Source: Pseudomonadota bacterium
GTDB taxonomy: Bacteria; Pseudomonadota; Alphaproteobacteria; CACIAM-22H2
Direction: 5' to 3'
Length of the DNA: 64,000 bases
Assembly: GCA_052387815.1 (NCBI GenBank)
Contig: JBQTIU010000049.1
Coordinates: 1,670-65,669, forward strand
Each line of letters opens with the position of its first letter. The stretch's first letter is position 1. The position numbers were made by a program, and so were the translations under genes. The notes below the pieces were generated by a model. It was not told where the DNA came from, did not search any database, and saw nothing but the letters and a program-made list of their open reading frames with translations. This document shows, one piece after another, positions 28,846 to 37,510 of the stretch.

Positions 28846-29799
28846 CTATCCGCCCCGCCCCGCCCGGGCGGCGCGCAGGCGCTGGAAGTCCTCCTCGGCG
28901 TGGTACGAGGAGCGGGTGAGCGGGCTCGCCGCCACGACCAGGAATCCCTTGGCCAGCGCCAAGCGCCGGTAGCCGTCGAACTCCTCGGGCGCGACGAAGC
29001 GCTCGACGGCGGCATGCTTGGGAGTCGGCTGGAGGTATTGGCCGATGGTCAGGAAATCGACGCCGGCCGAGCGCAGATCGTCCATTGCCTGCATGACCTC
29101 GATGCGCTGTTCGCCGAGGCCGACCATGATTCCGGACTTGGTGAACATCGACGGGTCGAGCCCCTTGACGCGATCGAGCAGCCGCAAGCTGTGATAATAG
29201 CGCGCCCCCGGCCGGATCGTGGGATAGAGCCGCGGCACGGTCTCGAGGTTGTGGTTGTAGACGTCGGGACGCGCGCGGACTACCATCTCGATCGCCCCCT
29301 CCTTGCGCAGGAAATCGGGGGTCAGGACCTCGATCGTGGTCGCGGGTGAACTTAAGCGGATCGCCTCGATCGAGCGCACGAACTGCATCGCCCCGCCGTC
29401 GTCGAGGTCGTCGCGATCGACCGAGGTAATGACGATATGTGACATGCCGAGCGCGGCCACCGCCTGGGCCAAGTGGTCGGGCTCGTGCGGATCCAGCCGG
29501 TCGGGCCTCCCCGTGGCGACGTTGCAGAACGCGCAGGCCCGGGTGCAGACCGAGCCCAGGATCATCACCGTCGCGTGCTTCTTCTTCCAGCACTCGCCGA
29601 TGTTCGGGCAGGCCGCCTCCTCGCACACCGTGTTGAGCTCGAGGCGACGCATGAGCGCGCGCGTGGCGTGGTATTCGGGCGAGATCGGCGCCTTGACGCG
29701 GATCCATGGCGGCTTGCGAGCGACCGGGTTGTCCGGCCGGTGCGCCTTCTCGGGATGGCGCGGCCTCGGCGCCGGCGCGGTGCTCGGGGGGGAGTCCAT
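28846..29799 (-). CDS. lipA: lipoyl synthase
   Basis: [13 protein letters not shown] and [10 protein letters not shown] Fe-S motifs. 317 aa. Confidence 0.95.
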   Translation of the reverse strand: MDSPPSTAPAPRPRHPEKAHRPDNPVARKPPWIRVKAPISPEYHATRALMRRLELNTVCEEAACPNIGECWKKKHATVMILGSVCTRACAFCNVATGRPDRLDPHEPDHLAQAVAALGMSHIVITSVDRDDLDDGGAMQFVRSIEAIRLSSPATTIEVLTPDFLRKEGAIEMVVRARPDVYNHNLETVPRLYPTIRPGARYYHSLRLLDRVKGLDPSMFTKSGIMVGLGEQRIEVMQAMDDLRSAGVDFLTIGQYLQPTPKHAAVERFVAPEEFDGYRRLALAKGFLVVAASPLTRSSYHAEEDFQRLRAARAGRGG

Positions 29800-29811
29800 G
29801 GGGCTCGTTCC

Positions 29812-31212
29812 TTAGAAATGGATCGCCCGGCCGTAGGCGTCAAGCACCGATTCGTACATCATTTCCGACAGGCTCGGGTGCGGGAAGACCGCGTGCATGA
29901 GGTCCGCCTCGGTCGTCTCCAGAGTCTTGGCGATGGTATAGCCGTGGATGAGCTCGGTGACCTCGGCGCCGACCATGTGCGCGCCCAGGAGCTCGCCGGT
30001 CTTGGCGTCGAACACCGTCTTGATCATCCCCTCGGGTTCGCCCAGCGCGATCGCCTTGCCGTTGCCGATATAGGGGAAGCGCCCGACCCTCACCTGGCGA
30101 CCGAGCTCCTTGGCCCGCCGCTCGGTCAGGCCCACGCTCGCCACCTGCGGCATGCAGTAGGTGCAGCCCGGAATGTTGGTCGCATCGAGCGGGCGCACGT
30201 CGTTCAAGCCGGCGATCTTTTCGATGCAGATTACGCCTTCATGGCTCGCCTTGTGCGCCAGCCACGGCGGGCCCACAAGGTCGCCGATCGCATAGACGCC
30301 CTCCTCGCCGGTCGCGCCCCATCGGTCGACGACCACGCGGCTTTTCTCGACCTTCACCTTGGCGCCCTCGAGACCGAGATTCTCGACGTTGCCGACGATG
30401 CCGACGGCCAGGATCACCCGCTCCGCAGTCAGGTCCGAGGTCTTGCCGTCGGCGGCGATGGTCGCGCGCACGCCGTCTTGGCCCTTGGCGAGCGCCTTGA
30501 CCGCGGCGCCGGTGTGGATCTTCATGCCCTGCTTCTCGAACGACTTGCGGGCCAGGGCGGAGATCTCCTCGTCCTCGACGGGCAGCACGCGGTCCAGGAT
30601 CTCGACCACCGTCACCTCGGCGCCCAGGTTGCGATAGAAGCTCGCGAACTCGATGCCGATCGCGCCGGACCCGACGACCAAGAGCGATCGCGGCATCGCC
30701 GCCGGGACCATCGCCTCCTTGTAGGTCCACACGAGCCTGCCATCGGGCTCGAGGCCCGGGAGCGAGCGCGCCCGCGCTCCCGTCGCCAGCACGATGTGGC
30801 GGCCGGCGAGATCGGCGACGGGCTTGCCGTCCTTCTCGACCCTGAGCTTGCTTGGGCCGGCCAGGCGCCCGTGGCCATCGAACATCGTGACCTTGTTCTT
30901 CCTGAGCAGGTGCTTGACGCCGCCGGCGAGCTGGCCGGCCACCTTGCGCGAGCGCTCGATCACCTGCTTGAAATCGATGCTGACGTTGTCGGCCTTGAAC
31001 CCGAACACGTCGAGGTGGCGCAGCAAGTGCGCGATTTCCGCGCTGCGCAGCAACGCCTTGGTGGGAATGCAGCCCCAGTTGAGGCAGATGCCGCCGAGAT
31101 GCTCGCGCTCGACCAGCGCCACGCTCATCTTGAGCTGCGCGGCGCGGATCGCGGCGACGTAGCCGCCCGGCCCACCCCCCACCACGATGAGATCGAACTT
31201 GGCTTCGGCCAC
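29812..31212 (-). CDS. lpdA: dihydrolipoyl dehydrogenase (E3)
   Basis: FDLIVVGGGPGGYVAAIRAAQ, redox-active GGICLNWGCIPTK. A GTG start at 31212 is preceded by GGAGAA. An upstream ATG at 31236 is also possible. Confidence 0.9.
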   Translation of the reverse strand: MAEAKFDLIVVGGGPGGYVAAIRAAQLKMSVALVEREHLGGICLNWGCIPTKALLRSAEIAHLLRHLDVFGFKADNVSIDFKQVIERSRKVAGQLAGGVKHLLRKNKVTMFDGHGRLAGPSKLRVEKDGKPVADLAGRHIVLATGARARSLPGLEPDGRLVWTYKEAMVPAAMPRSLLVVGSGAIGIEFASFYRNLGAEVTVVEILDRVLPVEDEEISALARKSFEKQGMKIHTGAAVKALAKGQDGVRATIAADGKTSDLTAERVILAVGIVGNVENLGLEGAKVKVEKSRVVVDRWGATGEEGVYAIGDLVGPPWLAHKASHEGVICIEKIAGLNDVRPLDATNIPGCTYCMPQVASVGLTERRAKELGRQVRVGRFPYIGNGKAIALGEPEGMIKTVFDAKTGELLGAHMVGAEVTELIHGYTIAKTLETTEADLMHAVFPHPSLSEMMYESVLDAYGRAIHF

Positions 31213-31257
31213 GGCGATTCTCCGGTTTGCCTGCAAGGGCGGGCCGATGACCCGCCC

Positions 31258-32529
31258 CTATAGCAGCATGGTCAGCGGGTCTTCGATGAGCTTCTTGAAC
31301 GCGGCCAGGAACTCCGCGCCCACCGCGCCGTCGACCGCGCGGTGGTCAACCGAGAGGGTGCAGCTCATCACGGTGGCGATGGCGAGCGCGCCGCCCTTGA
31401 CCACCGGCCGCGGTTCGCCGGCGCCGACCGCCAGGATGCAACCGTGCGGCGGGTTGATGACCGCGGCGAAGTCCTTGACTCCGTACATGCCGAGATTCGA
31501 GACCGAGAACGTGCCACCCTGGAACTCTTCGAGCTTGAGCTTGCCCTCGCGCGCCTTGGCCCCGAGCGCTTTCATCTCGTTCGAGATCGCGGCCAGGCCC
31601 TTGGCATCGGCGTGGCGGATGATGGGCGTGATGAGACCGCCGGGGATCGCCACGGCGACTGCGATATCGACCGCCTCATAGAGCAGCATCCCCTCCTCGC
31701 TCCACGACGCATTGGCTCCCGGCACTCTCTTCAGTGCCAGCGCGGCGGCCCGGATGACGAGGTCGTTGACCGACAGCTTGTAGGCGCCGTCGCCGGTTTC
31801 CGGCGACTTGGCGTTGAGATCGGCACGCAGTTGCAGGAGCGCGTCGATCTCGCAATCGATCGTCAGATAGAAATGGGGGACCTGCTGCTTCGCTTCGGTG
31901 AGCCGGCGCGCGATGACCTTGCGCATGCTCGTGTGCGGCACCAGGCGATAGGGCGTCGGCCCGGCGACCGCCGCCGCCGGCAGCAACGCCGGCGCCGGCG
32001 GGGCGGTGGGCGCCGGGGCGGTGGCCAATGCGGTCTCGATATCGATCTTGACGACCCGCCCTTGCGGGCCGGAACCCTTAATCGCGGCGAGATCGAGCCC
32101 GGCCTGCTGGGCCATGCGGCGGGCGAGCGGGCTGGCGAAAATCCGTCCGCGACCATCGCCGGCCGGGGCCACGAGCGGGGCCGGCGTGGCCGCCGCGGCC
32201 GGGGCCACAGGCGGCGCCGGGGCCGCCGGCTTCGGCGCCGGTCCGGCCGGCCCCCCGACGGCGCCCGCGAGCGCCCTGCTGTCCTCGCCCTCGGCAAGGA
32301 TTAGGGCGATGATTTCGTTGACCTTGACGCCCTCCGTCCCGTCCGGCACCAGGATCTTGCCGAGCATCCCTTCGTCGACCGCCTCGATTTCCATGGTCGC
32401 CTTGTCGGTTTCGATCTCGGCCAGGACGTGGCCCGATTTCACCTCGTCGCCTTCCTTCTTCAGCCACTTGGCGAGCTTGCCCTCGGTCATGGTCGGCGAC
32501 AGGGCCGGCATCAGCACCTTGAACGGCAT
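31258..32529 (-). CDS. pdhC: pyruvate dehydrogenase E2 dihydrolipoamide acetyltransferase
   Basis: [28 protein letters not shown]...ETDKATME (lipoyl domain), Ala/Pro linker, E3-binding domain, catalytic domain ending LSVDHRAVDGAVGAEFL. Confidence 0.95.
   Translation of the reverse strand: MPFKVLMPALSPTMTEGKLAKWLKKEGDEVKSGHVLAEIETDKATMEIEAVDEGMLGKILVPDGTEGVKVNEIIALILAEGEDSRALAGAVGGPAGPAPKPAAPAPPVAPAAAATPAPLVAPAGDGRGRIFASPLARRMAQQAGLDLAAIKGSGPQGRVVKIDIETALATAPAPTAPPAPALLPAAAVAGPTPYRLVPHTSMRKVIARRLTEAKQQVPHFYLTIDCEIDALLQLRADLNAKSPETGDGAYKLSVNDLVIRAAALALKRVPGANASWSEEGMLLYEAVDIAVAVAIPGGLITPIIRHADAKGLAAISNEMKALGAKAREGKLKLEEFQGGTFSVSNLGMYGVKDFAAVINPPHGCILAVGAGEPRPVVKGGALAIATVMSCTLSVDHRAVDGAVGAEFLAAFKKLIEDPLTMLL
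32290..32529 (-). repeat. lipoyl-domain coding repeat, copy 1 (pdhC 5' end)
   Basis: About 240 nt that align by eye at high identity with 33638-33877, e.g. ...gagcttgccctcggtcatggtcggcgacagggccggcatcag... versus ...gagcttgccttcggtcatggtcggcgatagggccggcatcag... Confidence 0.8.
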
Positions 32530-32539
32530 GGCGACTCCC

Positions 32540-33877
32540 TTAGTTCCGATACAGCACGGCGCGGGCGGCCGCGGCGATGTCGTAGGGCGACGGCAGGGCC
32601 AGTTTTTCGAGGTTGGCGGCATAGGGCATCGGCACGTCGGCGCCGGCGACGCGGCGGACGGGTGCATCGAGCCAGTCGAAGGCATGCTCCATCATCCGGG
32701 CTGCCAGTTCCGAGCCGATGCCGGCGAACGGCCAGCCCTCCTCGGCCGCAACCAGCCGGTTGGTCTTGGTGATCGAGGCGACGATGGTGTCGACGTCGAG
32801 CGGCCGCAGCGTGCGCAGGTCGATCACCTCCGCCTCGATGCCCTCCTTGGCGAGCGCCTCGGCGGCGGCCAGCGACTTGCCGACCATGATCGAGAAGGCG
32901 GCGATGGTGACGTGCTTGCCCGGCCGGACCACCTTGGCCTTGCCGATCGGCACCGTGAAATCGGGATCGTCCGGGACCGGGCCGGACTGGCCGTAGAGGA
33001 TTTCGTTCTCGAGGAAGATCACCGGGTTGGGATCGCGGATCGCCGACTTGAGCAGGCCCTTGGCGTCGGCCGCTGACCACGGGGCGACGACCTTGAGCCC
33101 GGGGCAATGCGCGTACCAGCTCGCGTAGCATTGCGAGTGCTGGGCGGCGACGCGCGTGGCGGCGCCGTTGGGTCCGCGGAAGACGATCGGGCAGCCCATC
33201 TGGCCGCCCGACATGTAGAGCGTCTTGGCGGCCGAGTTGATGATCTGGTCGATCGCCTGCATGGCGAAATTGAAGGTCATGAACTCGATGATCGGCCGCA
33301 AGCCCATGAACGCCGCGCCGACGCCGAGGCCGGCGAAGCCCTGCTCGGTGATCGGCGAGTCGATCACCCGTCGCGGCCCGAACTCCTGCAGCAAATTCTG
33401 GCTCACCTTGTAGGCGCCCTGGTACTCGGCGACTTCCTCGCCCAACAAGAAAACCCGCTCGTCGCGGCGCATCTCCTCCGCCATCGCATCGCGCAGCGCC
33501 TCGCGCACCGTCAGCGTGACCGTCTTGGCGTGGGTTTTCTCTGCGGCCGGCGGCGCCGCCCGCGCGACCGGAGCCGGCGCGGCCGGAGCAAGCACCGGCC
33601 GCGTCACCGTCGCGGACGCGGGCGTCATGTTCTCGCCCTCGGCCAGGATCAGCGCGATCGGCGTGTTGACCTTGACGCCTTCGGTGCCGCCGGGCACCAG
33701 GATCTTGCCGAGCGTCCCTTCGTCGACCGCCTCCATCTCCATGGTCGCCTTGTCGGTCTCGATCTCGGCCAGCACCTGGCCGGATTTGACCGGGTCGCCC
33801 TCCTTCTTGAGCCACTTCGCGAGCTTGCCTTCGGTCATGGTCGGCGATAGGGCCGGCATCAGTACTTCGATCGGCAT
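32540..33877 (-). CDS. pdhB: pyruvate dehydrogenase E1 beta subunit with N-terminal lipoyl domain
   Basis: [28 protein letters not shown]... lipoyl domain, Ala/Pro linker, then the transketolase-like E1-beta core ([17 protein letters not shown]...). Confidence 0.95.
   Translation of the reverse strand: MPIEVLMPALSPTMTEGKLAKWLKKEGDPVKSGQVLAEIETDKATMEMEAVDEGTLGKILVPGGTEGVKVNTPIALILAEGENMTPASATVTRPVLAPAAPAPVARAAPPAAEKTHAKTVTLTVREALRDAMAEEMRRDERVFLLGEEVAEYQGAYKVSQNLLQEFGPRRVIDSPITEQGFAGLGVGAAFMGLRPIIEFMTFNFAMQAIDQIINSAAKTLYMSGGQMGCPIVFRGPNGAATRVAAQHSQCYASWYAHCPGLKVVAPWSAADAKGLLKSAIRDPNPVIFLENEILYGQSGPVPDDPDFTVPIGKAKVVRPGKHVTIAAFSIMVGKSLAAAEALAKEGIEAEVIDLRTLRPLDVDTIVASITKTNRLVAAEEGWPFAGIGSELAARMMEHAFDWLDAPVRRVAGADVPMPYAANLEKLALPSPYDIAAAARAVLYRN
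33638..33877 (-). repeat. lipoyl-domain coding repeat, copy 2 (pdhB 5' end)
   Basis: Direct repeat of 32290-32529, about 1.35 kb away on the same strand. Confidence 0.8.
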
Positions 33878-33927
33878 GGATCCCTCGCGATCGAGTCGGT
33901 GTTCTTGACCAGGTTCGGGTGCGTCCC

Positions 33928-34932
33928 TCACGCTTCCAGGAGCACGTCGGTGTAGAGTTCCGAGGGGTCGGGTTCGGGCGAGTTTTGCGCGAACTCGGCG
34001 GCCGCGTTCACGGCCTCCTTGACGTCGCGGTCGATCGCTTTCAAGGCCGCTTCGTCGGCATGGTTCGAATCGACCAGAAATTTGACGTACTGCTCGATCG
34101 GATCGCGCTCGGTGCGGACCCGCTCGACCTCGTCCTTGGGTCTGTACTTCGCCGGGTCGGACATCGAATGGCCGCGATAGCGATAGGTCTTCATTTCGAG
34201 GATCGTCGGGCCATTGCCGGCCCGCGCCGCCGCCACCGCGCGGACGCCCGCCTCGCGCACCGCGAGCACGCTCATGCCGTCGACGGCCTCGCCCGGGATG
34301 CCATAGGTCGCGCCGCGATCGGCCAAATCGGTGGACGCCGAGGCGCGCTCGACCGAGGTGCCCATGCCGTAGCGATTGTTCTCGATGACATAGATCGCCG
34401 GCAGCTTCCACAGCGCCGCCATGTTGAAGCTCTCGCAGACCTGTCCCTGGTTGATCGCGCCGTCGCCGAGATAGGTGAGGCAAACGTTGTCGGTGCCGCG
34501 GTATTTGAGCGCGAAGGCGATGCCGGTGCCGATCGGCACTTGGGCGCCGACGATGCCGTGTCCGCCGTAGAAATTCTTCTCGCGGCTGAACATGTGCATC
34601 GAACCGCCCTTGCCCTTGGAATACCCGCCGCGCCGTCCGGTCAGTTCCGCCATCACCCCGTTGGCGTCCATGCCGCTGGCGAGCATGTGGCCATGATCGC
34701 GATAGCTGGTCAGCACGGCATCCTCGGGCGCGATCGTCGCCTGCATGCCGACCACCACCGCCTCCTGGCCGATGTATAGATGGCAATAGCCGCCGATCAA
34801 CCCCATGCCGTACAACTGGCCCGCCCGTTCCTCGAAGCGGCGGATCAGCAACATGTCGCGATAGAACTTGACCAGCTTGGCAGTCGTCGGCGCGGCCTCG
34901 CCGGCCTTGTTCTTGCGCTTTGTCGCAGCCAT
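33928..34932 (-). CDS. pdhA: pyruvate dehydrogenase E1 alpha subunit
   Basis: 334 aa. [36 protein letters not shown] and TPP-binding motif GDGAINQG. Confidence 0.95.
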   Translation of the reverse strand: MAATKRKNKAGEAAPTTAKLVKFYRDMLLIRRFEERAGQLYGMGLIGGYCHLYIGQEAVVVGMQATIAPEDAVLTSYRDHGHMLASGMDANGVMAELTGRRGGYSKGKGGSMHMFSREKNFYGGHGIVGAQVPIGTGIAFALKYRGTDNVCLTYLGDGAINQGQVCESFNMAALWKLPAIYVIENNRYGMGTSVERASASTDLADRGATYGIPGEAVDGMSVLAVREAGVRAVAAARAGNGPTILEMKTYRYRGHSMSDPAKYRPKDEVERVRTERDPIEQYVKFLVDSNHADEAALKAIDRDVKEAVNAAAEFAQNSPEPDPSELYTDVLLEA

Positions 34933-35162
34933 CCCAGAACCTCCTGTGCGGCGCCCTTGCGGTCGGGCCGGGCGGCATGGTCGTCGTCATCGAACATACG
35001 TCAAGCGAGCCGGCATGGCAAGCCCGCTCGGTATGTAACACCTTGAAATTGAACTATAAAATGTTAGTTGGCGAAACTCGCGCCCGATCGGCGAAGTTTT
35101 ATTGCCAGCCCGCGGCAAAACGCGTAAAAATCGTATCGGCTCGCCCCGCGCTGCTGCTGCCC

Positions 35163-36296
35163 ATGACGTCGCGGCTTTCCCGTATCCTGCTGGTCGCGGT
35201 GTGCGGCCTCGCCGTGGACGCCGCCGCGGCGCGCGCCGACCCCAAGCGGGTCGACTATTTCCTTAAAGCCTTCGACGAGACCGCGTTGTGGCACGACGGC
35301 CGGGTGCCGGTTGCGGTCCGCAAGTGGACCGGGCCGATCCGCGTCCGCATGACCGGCCCGATGTCGAGTTCCTATGCCGACATGGTGCTCGAAACTCTCG
35401 ACAAGATGGCAGGGCTGGCCGGCATCACGGTGGATCGGCTGCAACCCGACGCCACCGACGAGAACTTCCTGGTCAAGTTCCTCGAGACTTCCGCCTTGTT
35501 CGCCGGCGGCCGGCGCGCGGGCTGCGTGACGAATACCCGGTGGGGGAGCAACTCTGCGCTGACCAAGGCCGAGCTCCATATCAATTTAAGCCAAGGGTTT
35601 GGCCTCAAGGCCTGTATCGTCCACGAGCTGATGCACGCGATGGGGTTCCCGGGTCATCCGCACGACTTGGACACCGTGCTGAGCTACGTGTACCGGCGCG
35701 ACCGCCTGACCGAGATCGACGAGATGGCGATCCGGGTCCTCTACGATTCCCGTATCACGCCCGGCATGTATCATCTGCCGGCGCTGGTCGCGGCGCGCAA
35801 CATCATTGCCGCTCAACTGGATGTCTCGGGCCCCGGGGCCGACGTTTCGATGCTCGGGCGCACTTACCTCGACGGCGCGGTCAAGACTCTGATCCAGTTC
35901 GCCGAACAGGGCCATGCCTCGGTCCAGGCTCAGCTCGGCAACGCCTTCTTTTTCGGACACTACGTCGCCAAGGACCTGGGGGCCGGCGTGCGCTGGTGGC
36001 GCCTGGCCGCCGACCAGAAGCACAGCGACGCGCAGTTCCGGTTGGGATTGGCGGCGGCGAACGGCCAGGGGATGCCAGTCAGTGTGTTGGAGGCGGCCAC
36101 TTGGTACCGCTTGGCCGCCGAGCGCGATCCCATCGAGGCCTACAAGTGGTTCGCCTTGGCCGCGGGCCGGAACCACAACCTCGCGCACGCCAACCGCGGC
36201 AAGCTGGCGGCGAATTTGACCGCCGAGCAGGTCGAGGAGGGCGAGCGCCGGGCGGCCGCGTGGAAGCCGCAGCAGCAGGGAGAAAAGCCGAACTGA
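35163..36296 (+). CDS. secreted HExxH metalloprotease-like (DUF2927-like) domain fused to Sel1 repeats
   Basis: Signal peptide MTSRLSRILLVAVCGLAVDAAAARA. CIVHELMHAMGFPGHP (HExxH). C-terminal Sel1-like repeats (AQLGNAFFFGHYVAKDLGAGVRWWRLAADQKHSDAQFRLG..., ATWYRLAAE..., AYKWFALAA). The DUF2927 name is from memory and unverified. Confidence 0.6.
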   Translation: MTSRLSRILLVAVCGLAVDAAAARADPKRVDYFLKAFDETALWHDGRVPVAVRKWTGPIRVRMTGPMSSSYADMVLETLDKMAGLAGITVDRLQPDATDENFLVKFLETSALFAGGRRAGCVTNTRWGSNSALTKAELHINLSQGFGLKACIVHELMHAMGFPGHPHDLDTVLSYVYRRDRLTEIDEMAIRVLYDSRITPGMYHLPALVAARNIIAAQLDVSGPGADVSMLGRTYLDGAVKTLIQFAEQGHASVQAQLGNAFFFGHYVAKDLGAGVRWWRLAADQKHSDAQFRLGLAAANGQGMPVSVLEAATWYRLAAERDPIEAYKWFALAAGRNHNLAHANRGKLAANLTAEQVEEGERRAAAWKPQQQGEKPN

Positions 36297-36442
36297 GATT
36301 GGGAGCACCGGCACCAGACGGCTGGATGACAGAGGGCGTGGACACGGGAATTCGCGGGTTTCATGCGCTTCTTCCTTGTATTTACCCGCCGCCGGCGACA
36401 TCATGCCGGCCGGCCGACCACAACCCGGCGAGGGAGAGGCAG

Positions 36443-37456
36443 ATGATGGACCGCAGGACGATGATGGGATTGAGCGCGGCGGCGATGGCGAGCGTCACGT
36501 TGCCCAAGGGCGCCGCCTGGGCGCAAGTCCCGGGCCACTGGCCGCGCTCGATGACCATGGGCACCGCCGCGCTCGGCGGCACCTTCGTCATTTACGGCCA
36601 GGGCTGGGCGACGCTGATCAGCGAAACCCTCAAGGTCCCGGTCTCGACGCAGGTGACGCAGGGCCCGAACCAGAACCTGGTGCTGGTGCATACCAAGCGC
36701 GTCGAGCTGGGCATGACCACCATGGGTCCGGCCTTCGAGGCGTGGACCGGCGTCCTCGAGCTCAACAAGGGCGTCGAGCACCGCGACGTGCGGGCGATGT
36801 TCCCGATGTACGAGACGCCGTTCCAGATCGTCACCATGCAGAAGGCGGGCGCGGCCAATATCACGAGCGTGCGCGGCCTCAACGGCAAGGTGGTCGGCGT
36901 CGGTCCGGCGGCGGGCACGCCGGGCACCTATTTCCCGCGCTGGTTCAAGGAACTCGGCCTCAACGTGACGATCCGCAACGGCGGGGCCGCGGACATGGCC
37001 TCCCAGCTCACCGATGGGCGCCTCGATGCCTTCGCCTTCGCCGCCGGCCTGCCGATCTCCTCCTTCACCGAACTCGAGACGCAAGCAAAGGTGAACATGT
37101 TCACGTTTACCCCGGAGGAGTTCGCCCAGCTCCAGCCCAAGAACCCCTTCATCAGCCCGTTCACCATCCAGCCGGGCACTTACAAGACGCTGACCCAGCC
37201 GCAGCAGACCGTGGCGATGTGGAACTTCGCCATCGCCCACAAGGACCTTCCCGCCGACCTCGTCTACGCCATCGTCAAGACCGTGCACGACAACCACCGC
37301 CGCATGGTCCAGGTCCACGCCGCGGCCGAAGCGACGCTGCCGCAAAATATCGTCCACAACAAATTCATGTTCTTCCATCCCGGCGCGATCCGCCATTACC
37401 GCGAGCTTGGCCTCGCCATCCCCAAGGAGCTCGAGCCACCGGAATTCCGCGGCTAA
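36443..37456 (+). CDS. TAXI-family TRAP transporter solute receptor
   Basis: MMDRRTMMGLSAAAMASVTLPKGAAWA (Tat-like signal), then TAXI/Imp-like SBP (GTAALGGTFVIYGQGWA..., VGVGPAGTPGTYF, FFHPGAIRHYRELG). Confidence 0.85.
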   Translation: MMDRRTMMGLSAAAMASVTLPKGAAWAQVPGHWPRSMTMGTAALGGTFVIYGQGWATLISETLKVPVSTQVTQGPNQNLVLVHTKRVELGMTTMGPAFEAWTGVLELNKGVEHRDVRAMFPMYETPFQIVTMQKAGAANITSVRGLNGKVVGVGPAAGTPGTYFPRWFKELGLNVTIRNGGAADMASQLTDGRLDAFAFAAGLPISSFTELETQAKVNMFTFTPEEFAQLQPKNPFISPFTIQPGTYKTLTQPQQTVAMWNFAIAHKDLPADLVYAIVKTVHDNHRRMVQVHAAAEATLPQNIVHNKFMFFHPGAIRHYRELGLAIPKELEPPEFRG

Positions 37457-37510
37457 GAAGGCCGCGGTCCATCGGCCGTAGGGGATCTGGGGGAAGCGGG
37501 GCGAGGCCGC

